The notes beneath the pieces were generated by a model. The model made no database searches and was not told the origin of the DNA. It worked only from the letters and a program-made list of their open reading frames with translations. A stretch of 64,000 nt of DNA from Balanoglossus misakiensis (taxonomy: Eukaryota; Animalia; Hemichordata), in the NCBI GenBank assembly GCA_040954595.2, contig CM082579.2, forward strand, positions 5,755,625 to 5,819,624, written 5' to 3'. Within the stretch, counting starts at the first letter, position 1, and the number at the start of each line of letters is the position of its first letter. Shown piece after piece: positions 13,901 to 27,428 of the stretch. The translations under genes were made by a program, and so were the position numbers.

Positions 13901-16900
13901 GATTGTTGATGGGATAATTTCCCACTTGTCCTTGGCAAGTTCATGAACAAAGACACACTGAACCCTCTTGACTAAAAGAGCCCATCATTTTAGCTCAATC
14001 TTTTCATACTGAAATCATTGCACTATTAGCTTCTCATTTTCCCCATTATGATTATTTGTCATGATTCAAATTTGTAACGTATGGCAATTTAAAGTTCAAA
14101 AGCCGTACAAAGGCAATGAAAATACACGTAAAATCTGAACCATATTGTCAAGCTGTTATTGCTGTAAAACTGACAGATCAGCAGGTTGGAGAGTATAAAA
14201 AACTTCGACTGGATACTAGGAAACTGATCATTGTTGTTTCTTCAATATTGGGTGACAGGTGTGGTCTATGGGTGATTCAATAGGAAATTTTATCTCCCGA
14301 AGAAAAATGTAATGTTGCGCTGAATGGCTTCCTAATTCCTGTTACAGTGACCCTAACGTTTCTGCGTTTCCGAACAAACGCAATGGATCAGCGCGATTCG
14401 GTTCCTGCTGATTTGAAGTCGAAAAAAGAAAAAGAAGAGGAAAACTAAACAGCTGTAATCAAAGGCCATTCACCGCAGTATGTGTGTGATGCAGCCGTGC
14501 CACAAACTGTGCGTGTGTATCTCGGTGGAAGGTTTCAAATAGGCAGGAAGTCCACGCACTGCGTGTTTGCAACACGGGGCCGCGATTTCCGTAGAATTTA
14601 TTCAGAGATATCATCATGGATTCTCATGAAGTACCCGTTCAATGAAAGCACACAACACTGCCCTCAGGACAACCGGACTGAACAATGGAGTCAAAGAAAA
14701 TCTGATTTCAAGACATCTGCTTCAGTCTGATGGGTAAAATTTGTTGAAAAACTACCGGAAATACGTGCAATATGTCTTGGTTTTATCGCTTCTACGTTGC
14801 CATTTACAACTGTGAAAATTTTTCTTGCAACAGTACCTAATAGTTTATTGATATTTTTCAGCTTTAAAATTCCCATGCAACACTATTACATGTAGTATGT
14901 TAGATGTATTAAAGTAAATTTACTTGCTTTTTTTGCGGAAGATTCAAAAACATCTCCACGATCTGAATTTCTCAAAGCATAACGCAGTTCACCGTCAACT
15001 GCAGCTCCATCAATCAATGGACGGAGGAACAGAAACGGGAAAAACACGGAATGCAGTAACTGGGGTTATCCATCATTCCGAGATACACACACCTCGACGG
15101 CACACAAGTGGCGCATTCCGGAATGCTGTTCCCGAAGTTACTATGTATCTCGGTCGCAGCGACTGGGTGACCTGAATACGAAGACAAGTCACCTGAATGA
15201 TTTACCTGGGATCAGTCTGACTGGCTTATCGCCTTCTACACTGCGCTAATTCCGGCAATATTAAGATTCATCTTCCATGTACCTCAGCCCCATTCACGGG
15301 CGGGTGTACACGAGCATGAATGATAATTGGGGTTTCTTTAGCGCTCTGAAAGTGAAATAAATGCTGACTAAGCCATGGACATATTGCAAAATACGGGAAA
15401 AAATTTCCATCATTTAATGTGCCGTTTTCCAGTAATTAAGTTCGTGATTTACGAGGGCATCAGTTCAAGTTGTAGGAATAAATCACACTCTAGACAATAA
15501 AAAGCAGCCATTAATTACTATTCTGACCTACTTTCCATCACACGGCCTTATCACTGGCACCTGATCATGTCTGCAGTCGTGCTCAGTTTATGCATGAAGG
15601 CAGTGAGATCTTTTACGGACAATAAAACTTCAGTTGTTTGAATAAAACTTTATAGTTAGTAATTTTATCATGAATAGGCAAAATAAGAAAAAACATCGCA
15701 CGTAAGTGTTATTCAAAATGAAATTACTACTGAAAGACAAAACTAAGCCCCAAGCAGATGTACATGTAGATAGCATACATGTACATTGCATCTGATGTAA
15801 TGGGTATTGTAAGATGAGGATAATTACTGACACAAAACTGCTCTTTATTTTTTATGTGACATTTTGTTTAAATCTATAAAAGCAAGGTCTCACATCATAT
15901 ATCCTTGAGTGAACTTGGCAGTGAAAATTTCGTCACAAGTTGACAAACCATGTTACATGTACATGTATACTGCCCTCAACTTCTTTCAGTGACAACTAAC
16001 AAGTCAGATCAATGTTCAATTAGTGATGACCTGGGCAACAACAGCCACACCTGTTTTCTGGATATACAACTTGTACATGTACACCCACAGATTGCAAAGG
16101 CAGAAATGCACATATACCACAGTACTTTTGCATCCATATAGAATATCCCAAAGGTCAAGGGTACACATGCTTGTAACATTACAGATCGATCAAACCAGAA
16201 TATGCAAACCCAAATTTTTTTCTTGTATCAGAGCAGCAAATCACGCAACGCAGATCAATGAAAATGATGAGATCCCCAGCTGTACCTGAATACATCACGA
16301 CATCGCAGTAATCTATCCCACTGATCACATATCTATTTTTGGTACAACAAATCCTGAAATATCTGTCGGCAACAAGAGATATACCAGTATTATGTACAGC
16401 TGTATCTAAATTGTATTTGCACAATATATGCTGTGTTCACCATGTGCTGATTGTACATTAGAGCCCCTGATAAACCTTGTAACCGGGAAAGCAAAGCTTC
16501 TCCTCTGGGGTGCGGATCGTGACAGTACAATGTGTCTGGGTAATGAGAACTGTAGATTGGGAGAGATCATTGTGGGATATTGAAGACGGGGGAAACTTGT
16601 TATAAGTGAATGGAAACTGATGAAGGAACACACACCTCGAACTCCCAAGAGTAAAGCACAAGCCCTAGCCGACACAATACAACACTGATGCACGTATAAT
16701 TTCATTTTACCTGTGTATAATGTTGAGTGTCTACAGAGAGCCTCATCAGACATGTCAAGGCTTGTGACCTTGCTGTATTTTCACCATTAATAGGATCTGT
16801 GTGTGTTTGGTAGAGCTGAGAAAAATCAGGAAAGCTATTATTAAAGCTACCCGTTTCACTTCATGTATAATTTTGCAAATTTTATTACAGGAAATTACAA

Positions 16901-19900
16901 AGTCATCTACTCTAACCAGGTCCTTGGTCTGTCATGCATCCCACTTGTGCACCTAAATGCATGTAATATTAGTCCAGAATTGAAAGGTTTGTAGGACTGT
17001 TTTTTCCAGAAAATCTGTCCCTCAGGTGTACACTCTACCTTTAAAACCTCACACTTTATCAAGCAAAAGCGGTCAAGCAACCCAGTCTCAAGAGGACAAT
17101 ATCAGGGTTTGAATACAACTCTACCCCCACTACGTAGGCACTTTGATCCAGTCTAAATTGCTTTCGATTGTTGGAGGTTAGACCTGTGCAACGGGTAAAT
17201 GGATACGCAGAGGTTATCAGCACTTTGCAGTATTGATTGACACGAAGGTGCCTCGGTGTGTGGTTGCATCTGAATTTCTAATTCTCATTCACAGAGCTTG
17301 ACAACACACATGCTGGCAGCATTGTATCTGAATACGATTCTGAATTGATAACTTCAAGGTATCCAGTGCTATGAATAAATGAATGTCACTCCAGTCCTGG
17401 ATAAATATTTTAATAGCTTCGAAATAAACAGAACTTACATATACACAGTGTATATTACATGTTACATGCATGTAAATATACATCTACAACCTTCATCAGC
17501 GATTGTGACCTTGACTTCAATCATTTGAATCCATGAGAAGGTCAAGATCAGGTCACAGCATCAAGGAAGAAAAAGTGCAGGCAAAGCACTAATGGAGAAA
17601 GACTTTCTTAAGGCCACTGCCATGTCGTATGTTTCAGGGGACGTGATCACCTTTCACATGACCCTAATCTTCTTTTATAGTATTGTTGGGGGGGGGGGGG
17701 TAGCAAGGAATGTCTCCCACGTAATTTCAAAAGTCAGAAACGGGTGTGTGACAGGTTAAATTATTTATTCTCTTTTCCAAAATATTACAGTAATGGAAAA
17801 TTACCAAACTGATAATGTCGGAACAGTGTTTACCAGACAAGGTGTGTGTGCCCTGTTAGAAACCTAGATTTGGTTTCACTCTGATGTGCGCCAATATGAC
17901 TGTCACACTTTCAATACCGTCACCTATGCAGGAAACTGCAGAACTGTGTGAAAATCTATACTTCAATTCTACATTTAGGCCTGGGGGAGGGTGATGACAG
18001 CGCGGAGACTTGTGGTTGATTGATTATGTGTCAGTTTCATGGTGTTTATTTCTTTTCATGCTATCGTGTGTAGTGCATATTTAATACTCAACATCCATCC
18101 TCGCATAAAAGCAGTGTATCTGATATCTGCTATCGGTATCAATGGATATGACTGGTTGTGAAGCAATGCTTCATTGCACTAAAATACAAGAATAGAGCTA
18201 CCAGAATAAGTACAAGAAATCTCAGAGGTCTTGTAAGTCCCTCAAAGTGCCCAGACAGACAGACACATATCCCTGATACCCAGCTAACACATTTCAATAC
18301 TAAATATGGCAGCTCGCTTTTGACTTTTTATCCTGTTGAATTTTTATGCCTAACGCTGCAGCTGAACAAATACTTCTTTAATGCAATCAATTCTCATTGA
18401 TCCATAGAGCAATGTTTTGATTGAACACAGGATGCATTTGCGGCAAATCTGACGACTCCATCTAAATTTCGGACTGCATCACTCCAGAGATGCTGACATA
18501 CACGTATGTCCCAAATACATGACAAGTATAGAGCACAGGAGGCAACATCTCCTTGGTAATGAAAGGGCGACATATATTGCACAGACCGACAATACATGTG
18601 ATGATTGAAATCAAATCGTACAAAAAAGAGCTAACGTTTTAAAGGGAGAATCGAATGTTACACTTATTGTCATCCCTATTCTCAATATTCACTTTCATCA
18701 AATTAAAAATAAAGCATCATCATTTTAATATGCATCATTACATGTAAAATGATTATTAGATATCAGTTTAATATAAAATTGTCTTTATAAAATTTAAATT
18801 TTAAACAATAAATATATTTTGTGCACAATCAGTTCCTGATTTAAGAGCAGATATCAAAGATCATAGATTGGAAAAAAAACCATGTCTAGACCATCAATCA
18901 TTTGAGGGGCAGAAATGGGGTTAAACGGAAACGGACTCCGTCTGACAAATGGGCTATGGAATCAATACCCTGGAAATACAAAACAAACAGTCGCTTTTCA
19001 TTGCCATTGTGCTGCTCGGAATATTAGCCATGGAATCATTGATTACTTTCGTAATTGACAGGCGGTAATCACAGGCTGAAAGACTTGACTAATTGAGAGA
19101 AATTAAGAGCTTCTTTGTTGGGGGAAATATTGAAAAAACACAAGTGCGTTTTCAGAACCAGGGTAGAAATTAAAACACACAAATGACTCTCTTTTCAGTT
19201 TCCTGTTTAACCACATTCACAATTAGAAAACACTTTAGTTTGACGCTTTCTAAGGAATGCAAACACATGACTACTTGCTCGATGCTTTCCCCTTTCTGGC
19301 TGTGCCTGTTTCGCTTTCACTTGACAGGCCTACTGGCTTCTGGAGGGTGCAAGGACAGAAGGGATGCTCATTTTCAAATCTGTTGTCCGCCATATTTGAG
19401 TTGGGCACCCATTTATTATTCGCCCTAGTTCAAACCTACAGTATGCAGTTACATGGTTTATATGGTTTATATGGTTTCCCTCGTGTACTACTGTATTCTG
19501 GAATTCAACAAATCTGCACACAGTTTGAAGGAAGCATCTTCGAGTTATTGAGGCAATGCAATGGATTAACCTACATGTATACGAATACACATTATTTTTG
19601 AAAGCCCTGTGGAATCGGGTGAAAGGCAACTGCGAAGCTCCCTCCAACCACTCATAACTTGTGCAAGAATTTATAGCAAATTTCAGCTGGAGTCCCCAGT
19701 GATTGCTGAACGAAATAAGAAAAGAGGACATTACTGCACTGAGGCAAACTAAATCTATTGCGCGTGAATAGCGATGCTGAATACAGCATCTATCACCTTT
19801 TTTACAGGGGCCTGTTCAGAGGCAGTCTATGTGGGGGTAGTGGAACACATTCGGCAGCTGTCAGTATGACAAACATGATGAAATTCAACTCAATGCTGCA

Positions 19901-22900
19901 ATTCAAATAAATCTCCAACACACAGCGTCGGTAATCATGCCAATCAGAATGGGTAAAACATCAAAATGTCATTTGTGAGACGGGTCACCACATCGTCATG
20001 GATGCAAATAGTATCAGACACTCTAAATACATACATGTACCGTCTAATGAGGAAGTATATGCACTTCAACAATTAATAATCCGATAATAGCGCAATGTTT
20101 GTACATTATCATAACATCACAATCCCTTCCCTGAGCACCAGCTCAAAACTCATCCACATTATTTCCATTATACTCCAAAAATATTAACTGCTCAGAAAAT
20201 TTGGCATTTTCAATATTCATATTTTTCGCCTGTACAGTCGTAGATACGATTTACGTAACTAATGCTTCAGTGAAACCATGCGTCAAACTGTCACATCCAT
20301 TCAACTTCAGGAATTAAATGTATATTTACACTGCAATAATCCCAGTGCTTATGCCTTCATGTAAACTGCGTCATGCGCACGTCCGATATTTTTCAGATTT
20401 GACGTACCTAATGGCAAGATGTATTCATAACGATGAAACACTCGGCTCAAACCGTTTCATTATAGAGACTTTCTACTCAAACGTGTTTTTAATTTTGTGA
20501 TGGATTACGCACGGCGCAACAAAGACAGGCATCGCCAATTTGCAATGTAGTAAAAACAGTGTCAGCTTGTACCACTACTTTCCTACACAGTTGAGTAAAA
20601 ACGACCGCAGTATAAGACTGCCCGCAAGGAAGAATTCCATTCACTCTCCTTATTATACACAGTGGAGAGACACACGTCTTAGCGCTCTAACTCGCGTCCA
20701 TAAAAACCACTCTCCCCCCTACTTAATGAACAATATCTCATATTTATATATTGCAGATTACCGCTACCATGGATACCTCTCCTACGCATCCTGGCCGGTG
20801 TTGCCGTGGCGACCAAACCGAGACAGACACATTCGCTTTTACACGCAAGCACCCTATACATCACCGACGCTGATCCATTAGCAATGAGCGTCAAGGATTG
20901 AGTGAAATTACTGCCCTGCTTGATCTTTGCACAAGTCCACGAAAAAGACCAGAATGGACAATGTGGACAGACATTAGGTCCCGTCAAAACCAATAAAATC
21001 TGTAATTCAATATTCATCACGTTCTTACAAGGAGGTTCAATACAGACTGATAATGCTTGTCTTTTTTTTACCAATTCCTTTCTCGGTGGCTAAAATAATC
21101 TCGTTTTGGCAAAGCTGAAAGTACATGCACCTCACTACACTAAATGGCCAACTGGAGGCCATGTTGGATTCCAATGATAAACAGAAGTGAACATGTTTAA
21201 ATTTTGCACAAGACAGGTTCAGACATTTTTGACACATGAACCCAAACAGCAGGTAATGTGGTATACAGTCTTATCTGGTAGGTGCATGTATGAGCTGTTC
21301 CTAGTGTGTATGTTAGTCAAGGTTTTTATTAGGATACCATATCCAGGCAAGTTTATTCTTCCAATAAATCACACAGGACTCTTGGAGATGCACATGTGTA
21401 TGCATACACCAATACCATACATGTAGCTTTGTAACCAACTAGTTTTTTTCTCAATTCAACAACCATTACCATGGTAAAATTGAATTAAAGCCAATCACAG
21501 ATTTTTACTAATTTTAGTGGGTGCGCCATCACACAGCCATTCGTTTAGATGTACATGTTCTAAGATACATGCACATTGCACAACCTTTTGACCATATAAA
21601 GACAACTATGTAAATTAGAGTTGACCCTAGAATAAACTATGCTAATTATGCTAATTGTGTATGCAAATAAGACTAATTATACATTCATTTACAGAAATAT
21701 TCCAAATTCATCGCAATTAATTTATAACAAGATTCTTACATCATTTTGAATATTTGTATGAAATACAATAAAACCGATGATGAGTCAACATAATGTATTT
21801 ATTTGGAATTTAGAGTTCATTATTGGACAATCAAAGACGAAACTTGCAGTAACTGCTAACTGCTCAATAAGTTTGGGTGCTTATCATATACCCTGCTGTG
21901 TTATTTTTTGTATATGTATACTGTATCACTTTCCCCCAGAGTCATGGACTAGCAGTGAGAACTTAATTGTGTGCTAAAACCCCCAGAATCCTGGAATTAC
22001 ATGGAAGTACACATAACGCAGACTTGGAATTACAAGGAAAAGAAGAAGGACAAAGTTCAACCTGAAGAAGCTCCCTAGCTCTGCAGCAGAAGAGTAGGAG
22101 CATTCCCAGAAGCAGTGGAAAAAGTACATACACCTGAGAAGATCTTCTAGGAAAACAGTTGCCCAGGAGACCAAGAGGTGCTCCCAAGAAGAACTGATGG
22201 ACTGAGTTGGCCACAAGAAGAAAACTCTGCGTCTTGGTGAGTAATCAACTTTTACAAACTTTACTTTGTTAGGGGGACTGGTGGTCATCACCAGAAATAC
22301 CATGATGTCATTCTCACAATGGAGAGAATGAGAACCAGATGCAAAACCTTACTTGGGAAGGGTAAAGGGAGAATCATCTCATCCTATGTAAATGATGGAG
22401 AATACATATATAATTTTTTAAACAAGCACTGCCGACAGAATTCAGAGGCTTTAAGGAAGAAATTTCAAATCACAATCTTTATGATTTATAAATTCCATAA
22501 AACTTCTTCAGTGATATTTTGGAAGGACAAAGATCACTGCATACAGACTAATTCTAATACTTCGCATTTTTATTCCCAGAGTCATCGTATTACAAGCTTC
22601 ATGTACCAAAGCTTGCTGTAAAGTCACCCTCCTTGTCAGACTGAAAGAAAAAAAAGTCACTGCCGTAATACTTTAAGAAGCTTGCCATAATGCATGCTAA
22701 GTCACACCTGGGCCTCTTGTTAGAACCATCAGTTGGTCTCAGCCAGCTCAAATACTCACTCCATTACTGTCAATTTGACTTGAGTACTAGGTGATGTACA
22801 TTGTATGTTCGGCTGCTTACAGCACAGATCAGAGAGTTCCTATGTTCCCCGACCTTATCAAAAACACTGTTTAAACATATTGGCACTTTAATACCGTACC

Positions 22901-24978
22901 AGCACAACAGACCCATATATTTACCACAACTTTCCACGACCAAATTTGAGAAAACACCCATGGTTATAAATAAAACAGTAGCCACTTTATAAGGCCAATC
23001 ACCAAGGCCACAGATTAGAGATCAAATCACAAAGCAAAATCCAAACCCTAATACTTGGGTGTTTTCTCTCTCTCTCTCTCTGGGTTGAAAAAGAGCTTTG
23101 TCACAAAAACGGTATGTTCATAAAAGGCCCTATCTTTCTTGAGAGCATAAACAGTGCCATTCTTTGGCTGTGTAATCCAGGCCTTTCAACACAAGAGGAA
23201 ACAATCTCCACCATTCAAGGTTTATATTAGGTTACACACCTGAAATGGTGTGGTGTGGTGTTTGTTGGGATCAAGGGTCTGATCAGTATCTAACACAAGC
23301 CCCCAAGATCACTGAACAATGCACAATCATCATCCAAAGATCATTTATGACTGATATTGTGACAGAGCACACCAACAGCAACAGGGGTGTAGAAAATAAC
23401 CAACATTTGCAGGATGACATAGCCTTATTTAAAGATACGACAAATCAACTGCCACTGGATACATGCAAATAATCCCCTTTAAGATTTAGAGGAGCATACC
23501 CCTTTAAAGGTTAACACATGAATGTACTGGTAGGAGTCTGATTGGTGTAACACCATCTCTTACAAACACACACTTTACAACATACACCAGCCAACAGTGT
23601 CTGGAGTATCATCCAGTCTCAGAGCAATCAATCCGCTTTCACATATCAAATTGATGGAAATTAATACTCCACCACTTGCCAAACTGTTTCCATATGCTAT
23701 TATGCCCCGGGGATATCTTTCCTAAAATGGTTTTCTATAAAATAACAAAAATTACTCCATGAGAAATTAAATCCCTGGCTGTAATTTCCTCTTATTTATG
23801 ACACAAAATCAGTCTACGGTAATTTCCACCGAGGAGTCTGCGTAAACGCTGTTAAGGAAGCACTCATAACTCAGACTTAAATTTGACAGCATGTTATATT
23901 GTTCTTAGCGTGTCTGACACTCCGCCGATATAAATTCCGAAATTGACTTTCCATAAAATTACACAATTAGAAAGCAGTGGAGTGTGACGAATGGATATAT
24001 TGCCATTTTCCCTCCTTATCCTGCTTTCTCTTCAGAAACAATCAGACAAAACACATTTTGAAAGCACCTCTGCAATAATAAGCTATCAATAGTTTAATAT
24101 ATAAATACAGGTGCATTACAGGTAATTGTTTATACGCTCTTCAGAGATATATTTTCTGTTATCGGGATTAGCTCAACTCCTTAAGCAGATTTAATATTAT
24201 TACTGTATACATAAATATGCTGGAATGTGCTTCACAGTTTGATGATCCTAATGTAACGGAGGTTTATTTTTCAAAGGAAATAATGGCTGGCACAGTACAA
24301 GTAGAATATAGCTTACAATCTGCCAATACTTAGTATGATTGCTTTGACTGTGGCTCTTTCACATTTATTCAAATTCATTTCATATTATTTCACCTTAAAA
24401 TTTCATTGTTAACATATCTTTTCTCTATTTCAGTGACTGTGCCTCAAGGACTCTTGTATTCAAACCAACGTGGCAGCCAATTGGATATTAATGGAAAAGA
24501 ACAAAACACCTTTTATCTGCAATCATCCCAATATTCTGAACAGTATGTACATGAAATGGATAACAAGATGAAGAAGCTAGACCACAAACTGCACAATGAG
24601 GACCATTTTTCATGTTGCCATGGTTGCTGCTTCTACAACTCTACCAGAGTCATCTCTGAACCCATGTGTAACCACGGTTACAGATATGAACATCTGTTAA
24701 TACCCAGAACTATTTTTTTCTCCAACCAAATAATCATAAACGGGCTACCAGACATTATCAATCATTCCCAGTGTGGTGATCAAAACTACTGTAATTTACG
24801 TATCTGACTAAGCTGTGAATATAATCTGGTGAAAGTTGTCATAACCGTTTCATGTCGCCATGACAATCAACAATCATGATGTGGCCCACTTTTCATGTTA
24901 TCACAATTGAAAAAAGTGATAGCACGGGAGTTGACCATCATCCCAATCAATTTTCCATAAACACTTATTCAAGTTACT

Positions 24979-25061
24979 GTCCATTGCATGTACATTTCAC
25001 TATCAGTCCAGTGCATGTACATTTCACTATCAGTCCATTGCATGTACATTTCACTATCAGT
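24979..25061. repeat. 27-bp tandem repeat, 3 copies
   Basis: Unit GTCCA(T/G)TGCATGTACATTTCACTATCA repeated three times. Confidence 0.9.
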
Positions 25062-25159
25062 GTATCTAGTCATGTCTGGTTGTATTAATCCACATACGCC
25101 GTACCAGTTCAACGTTCTTTTCAGTAAAATGGGCTTTCCAGCCGACAAGAATTTCATTC

Positions 25160-26150
25160 GATCAAATTACCGGAAGTGGCTCTTTTATCGTCTTCACAGT
25201 AGTGCGGAAGTAGTATTGTATTGCGCCATTAGAGGCCAGAAACTTTTTAGGTAAACACGTGAAGAACTCATGGCTTTGGCAAACAGTCACTGCAAAAAGC
25301 CTCAACAAAATTCTTGAACATGGAAATGAATATATACTTAAACACTTCTGAAATAAACCGACCAAAGAAATGGCAATGTTTGACATTTAGTGACGTTTTC
25401 GTGTGGTGGTACTGTGGAGTGTACGTGGTGTATTCTTAGCCATCGACGTCATTACCAGTCGACGTTTATGTTATGGTATGCGATATTGCGTTTCCGACGT
25501 CTCGACGAGATCCTATCCGCCTTGACAACCATGCTTATAACGTGCTAACGGTCCATATAACTGCGGGAACAGCACCGGTCAGACGACAAATAAAAGAGCT
25601 GGCTTGTTCTCGTTGAATGAATTAACACCTAACCTGCTAATTGTGAAGTGAAAGATGTAAACAAGTGGAACTGGTGTAAAGTACCACGTCGAGTACAGGC
25701 GTATCTGGTCTAACTAGTCCTTAACGTGGCTTTCTATACTATCTAGACCCTAGTTTTAATGGAAAATATAATCTAAATTTCATATACGACATTTTAAAAG
25801 CATATTTCAACCAATTTATCTTACCTCCCGTCGTCGCAGCTTGCCCTATCCGTATCTTGGTAGAGTCTTCTGATTTAAGGTCAAAGGTCACAGGAAAGGC
25901 TTTGTTGGACCGGCCTACGCACTGTGTGCGTGAACGTGCATAAAAATATCCGTAATTCACGTCGAACTTCTCCAGTTCGACGTTAAACGGGTATATTTTT
26001 GCGCGATAACTTTTGGAGGTAACCCAAAGAAATATTTCGTAAGACACTTGCTAAATAAGACGTCACAGATGAATCACTTTATTTATCATAATCACACAGA
26101 CCATTATAGAAAACGTGCCGATGGAGGCGCTATAGCCTATACACCACTTA
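25160..26150. promoter_or_regulatory. CpG-rich putative promoter or enhancer region
   Basis: CpG is visibly enriched relative to the flanks. ETS-type CCGGAAGT near 25170 and GCGGAAGT near 25204; CRE-like GACGTCA; perfect DR1 AGGTCAAAGGTCA at 25878-25890; possible minus-strand donor CCG|GTAATT at 25171. Confidence 0.4.
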
Positions 26151-27222
26151 TCGCGCATGTCTGTGTGCCTACTTTGGCCTGTGCAGGACCACAGACAAAG
26201 GAAAAATACCATGGTCATTTAATAATAGCTGGACTGTAGACAGCGGTATACCATCTATGCCAGGACCTTCGATTCCTGACAACCATTCTCACACAAAAAC
26301 TGTTATGGGGGATAATATTTTCATCATTTTGAAAGTAAAAGTGATCTGAAATGAAATCCGATTTTCATGAAGTTATTGCCTTACCACTTTAGAGTACAAT
26401 GATTGAATTTACAGTGACCTTGTTACTCATGGCCTTGCTATTTGTACCAAAAAGTAGAGCAGTTTGAAGTGTTTTGTTTGTCTGGACTTTAGGATATTTA
26501 CCAAAGTTCAAAGGTTAACTGACCATTCTGAATCACAGCTTGTATTTGTGTTGAAAAACAGTTGTATCGCAATATCATGCCTATACAGTCAGCTCACACA
26601 ACAGCAACTGACAATGACCTCAACCTATTTGACCTCCTGGATGTCACCATGGTTATACCCTCTCTGGAGTCTATGGTTACACTGTAAATATTTTCACGAC
26701 AGTGCTATGCAGTCATCCACACAAAGTCTTGGAGTTTTTCGTCTGGATGTAGTAAGAGCATTTATCGTAAATCATTTTTTTGGAAGTATCGTTTTTGTAA
26801 AACGGGGAGTACAAGCACTACGTATATCTACTCTAGAATCTCCATTCCATCAGTGGGCAATGACCCCCGGGGCATTGTACAAGGGCAACGACCCGGATCT
26901 GTATATAGATACCGCATGAGACATTCAATCTGACATGATTATATTCCATGTTATGCACCACTGAAGTATGACATGGAATGTATATTGTCCCATTAATAAT
27001 GTGTCAGCGTTGCAAAATTTCCATTTCGCAATGTTATACATTGTACATGTAGTCAACGAGCATTTCCGTGTATTTTGCATCCATATTTAGAAAGTATACG
27101 ATTTCAAATACTGTCTCATTACAGTACATTGTAATAATGAAAAGGCAATTGAAATAATAATCACAGCAATTTACAAAACTTCCAAATAAAAATCAACAAG
27201 CGCTTTTGTTTGTGCGACTGTA

Positions 27223-27228
27223 TTTATT
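27223..27228 (-). terminator. Putative polyadenylation signal of AIMP1
   Basis: AATAAA on the minus strand about 200 nt after the stop codon. Confidence 0.5.
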
Positions 27229-27428
27229 AATGACCAGGATTGCGAAGCCACAAAATAAATTGATCAAACTTGGTATGGGACAAAAGAAAACTGGCATGTT
27301 TGGGTTTTGCTTTTTTCCGAAATATTATGACATTACATCGCTTGGCAATACAGTGTACCGGTAAGTTGTTCGATCACATTGTTGAAGGACATGCAAGTTG
27401 TTGGTTTTTTTGGGGAGAGAAAGTTTGT

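Noticed and set aside
14924-15065. Protein-like minus-strand frame DGAAVDGELRYALRNSDRG ending at a donor
   Set aside because: No in-frame ATG and no convincing polypyrimidine acceptor.
19257-19780. Overlapping 114 and 133 aa ORFs, possible decayed transposon
   Set aside because: No identifiable motif; cannot be supported without a database search.
24979-25061. 27-bp repeats resembling a CRISPR array
   Set aside because: Head-to-tail copies with no spacers, in a eukaryotic context; a simple minisatellite.
1-27000. Many short 60-150 aa ORFs in the six-frame track
   Set aside because: No recognisable domains, no consistent exon chain and many non-ATG starts; expected by chance in non-coding DNA.
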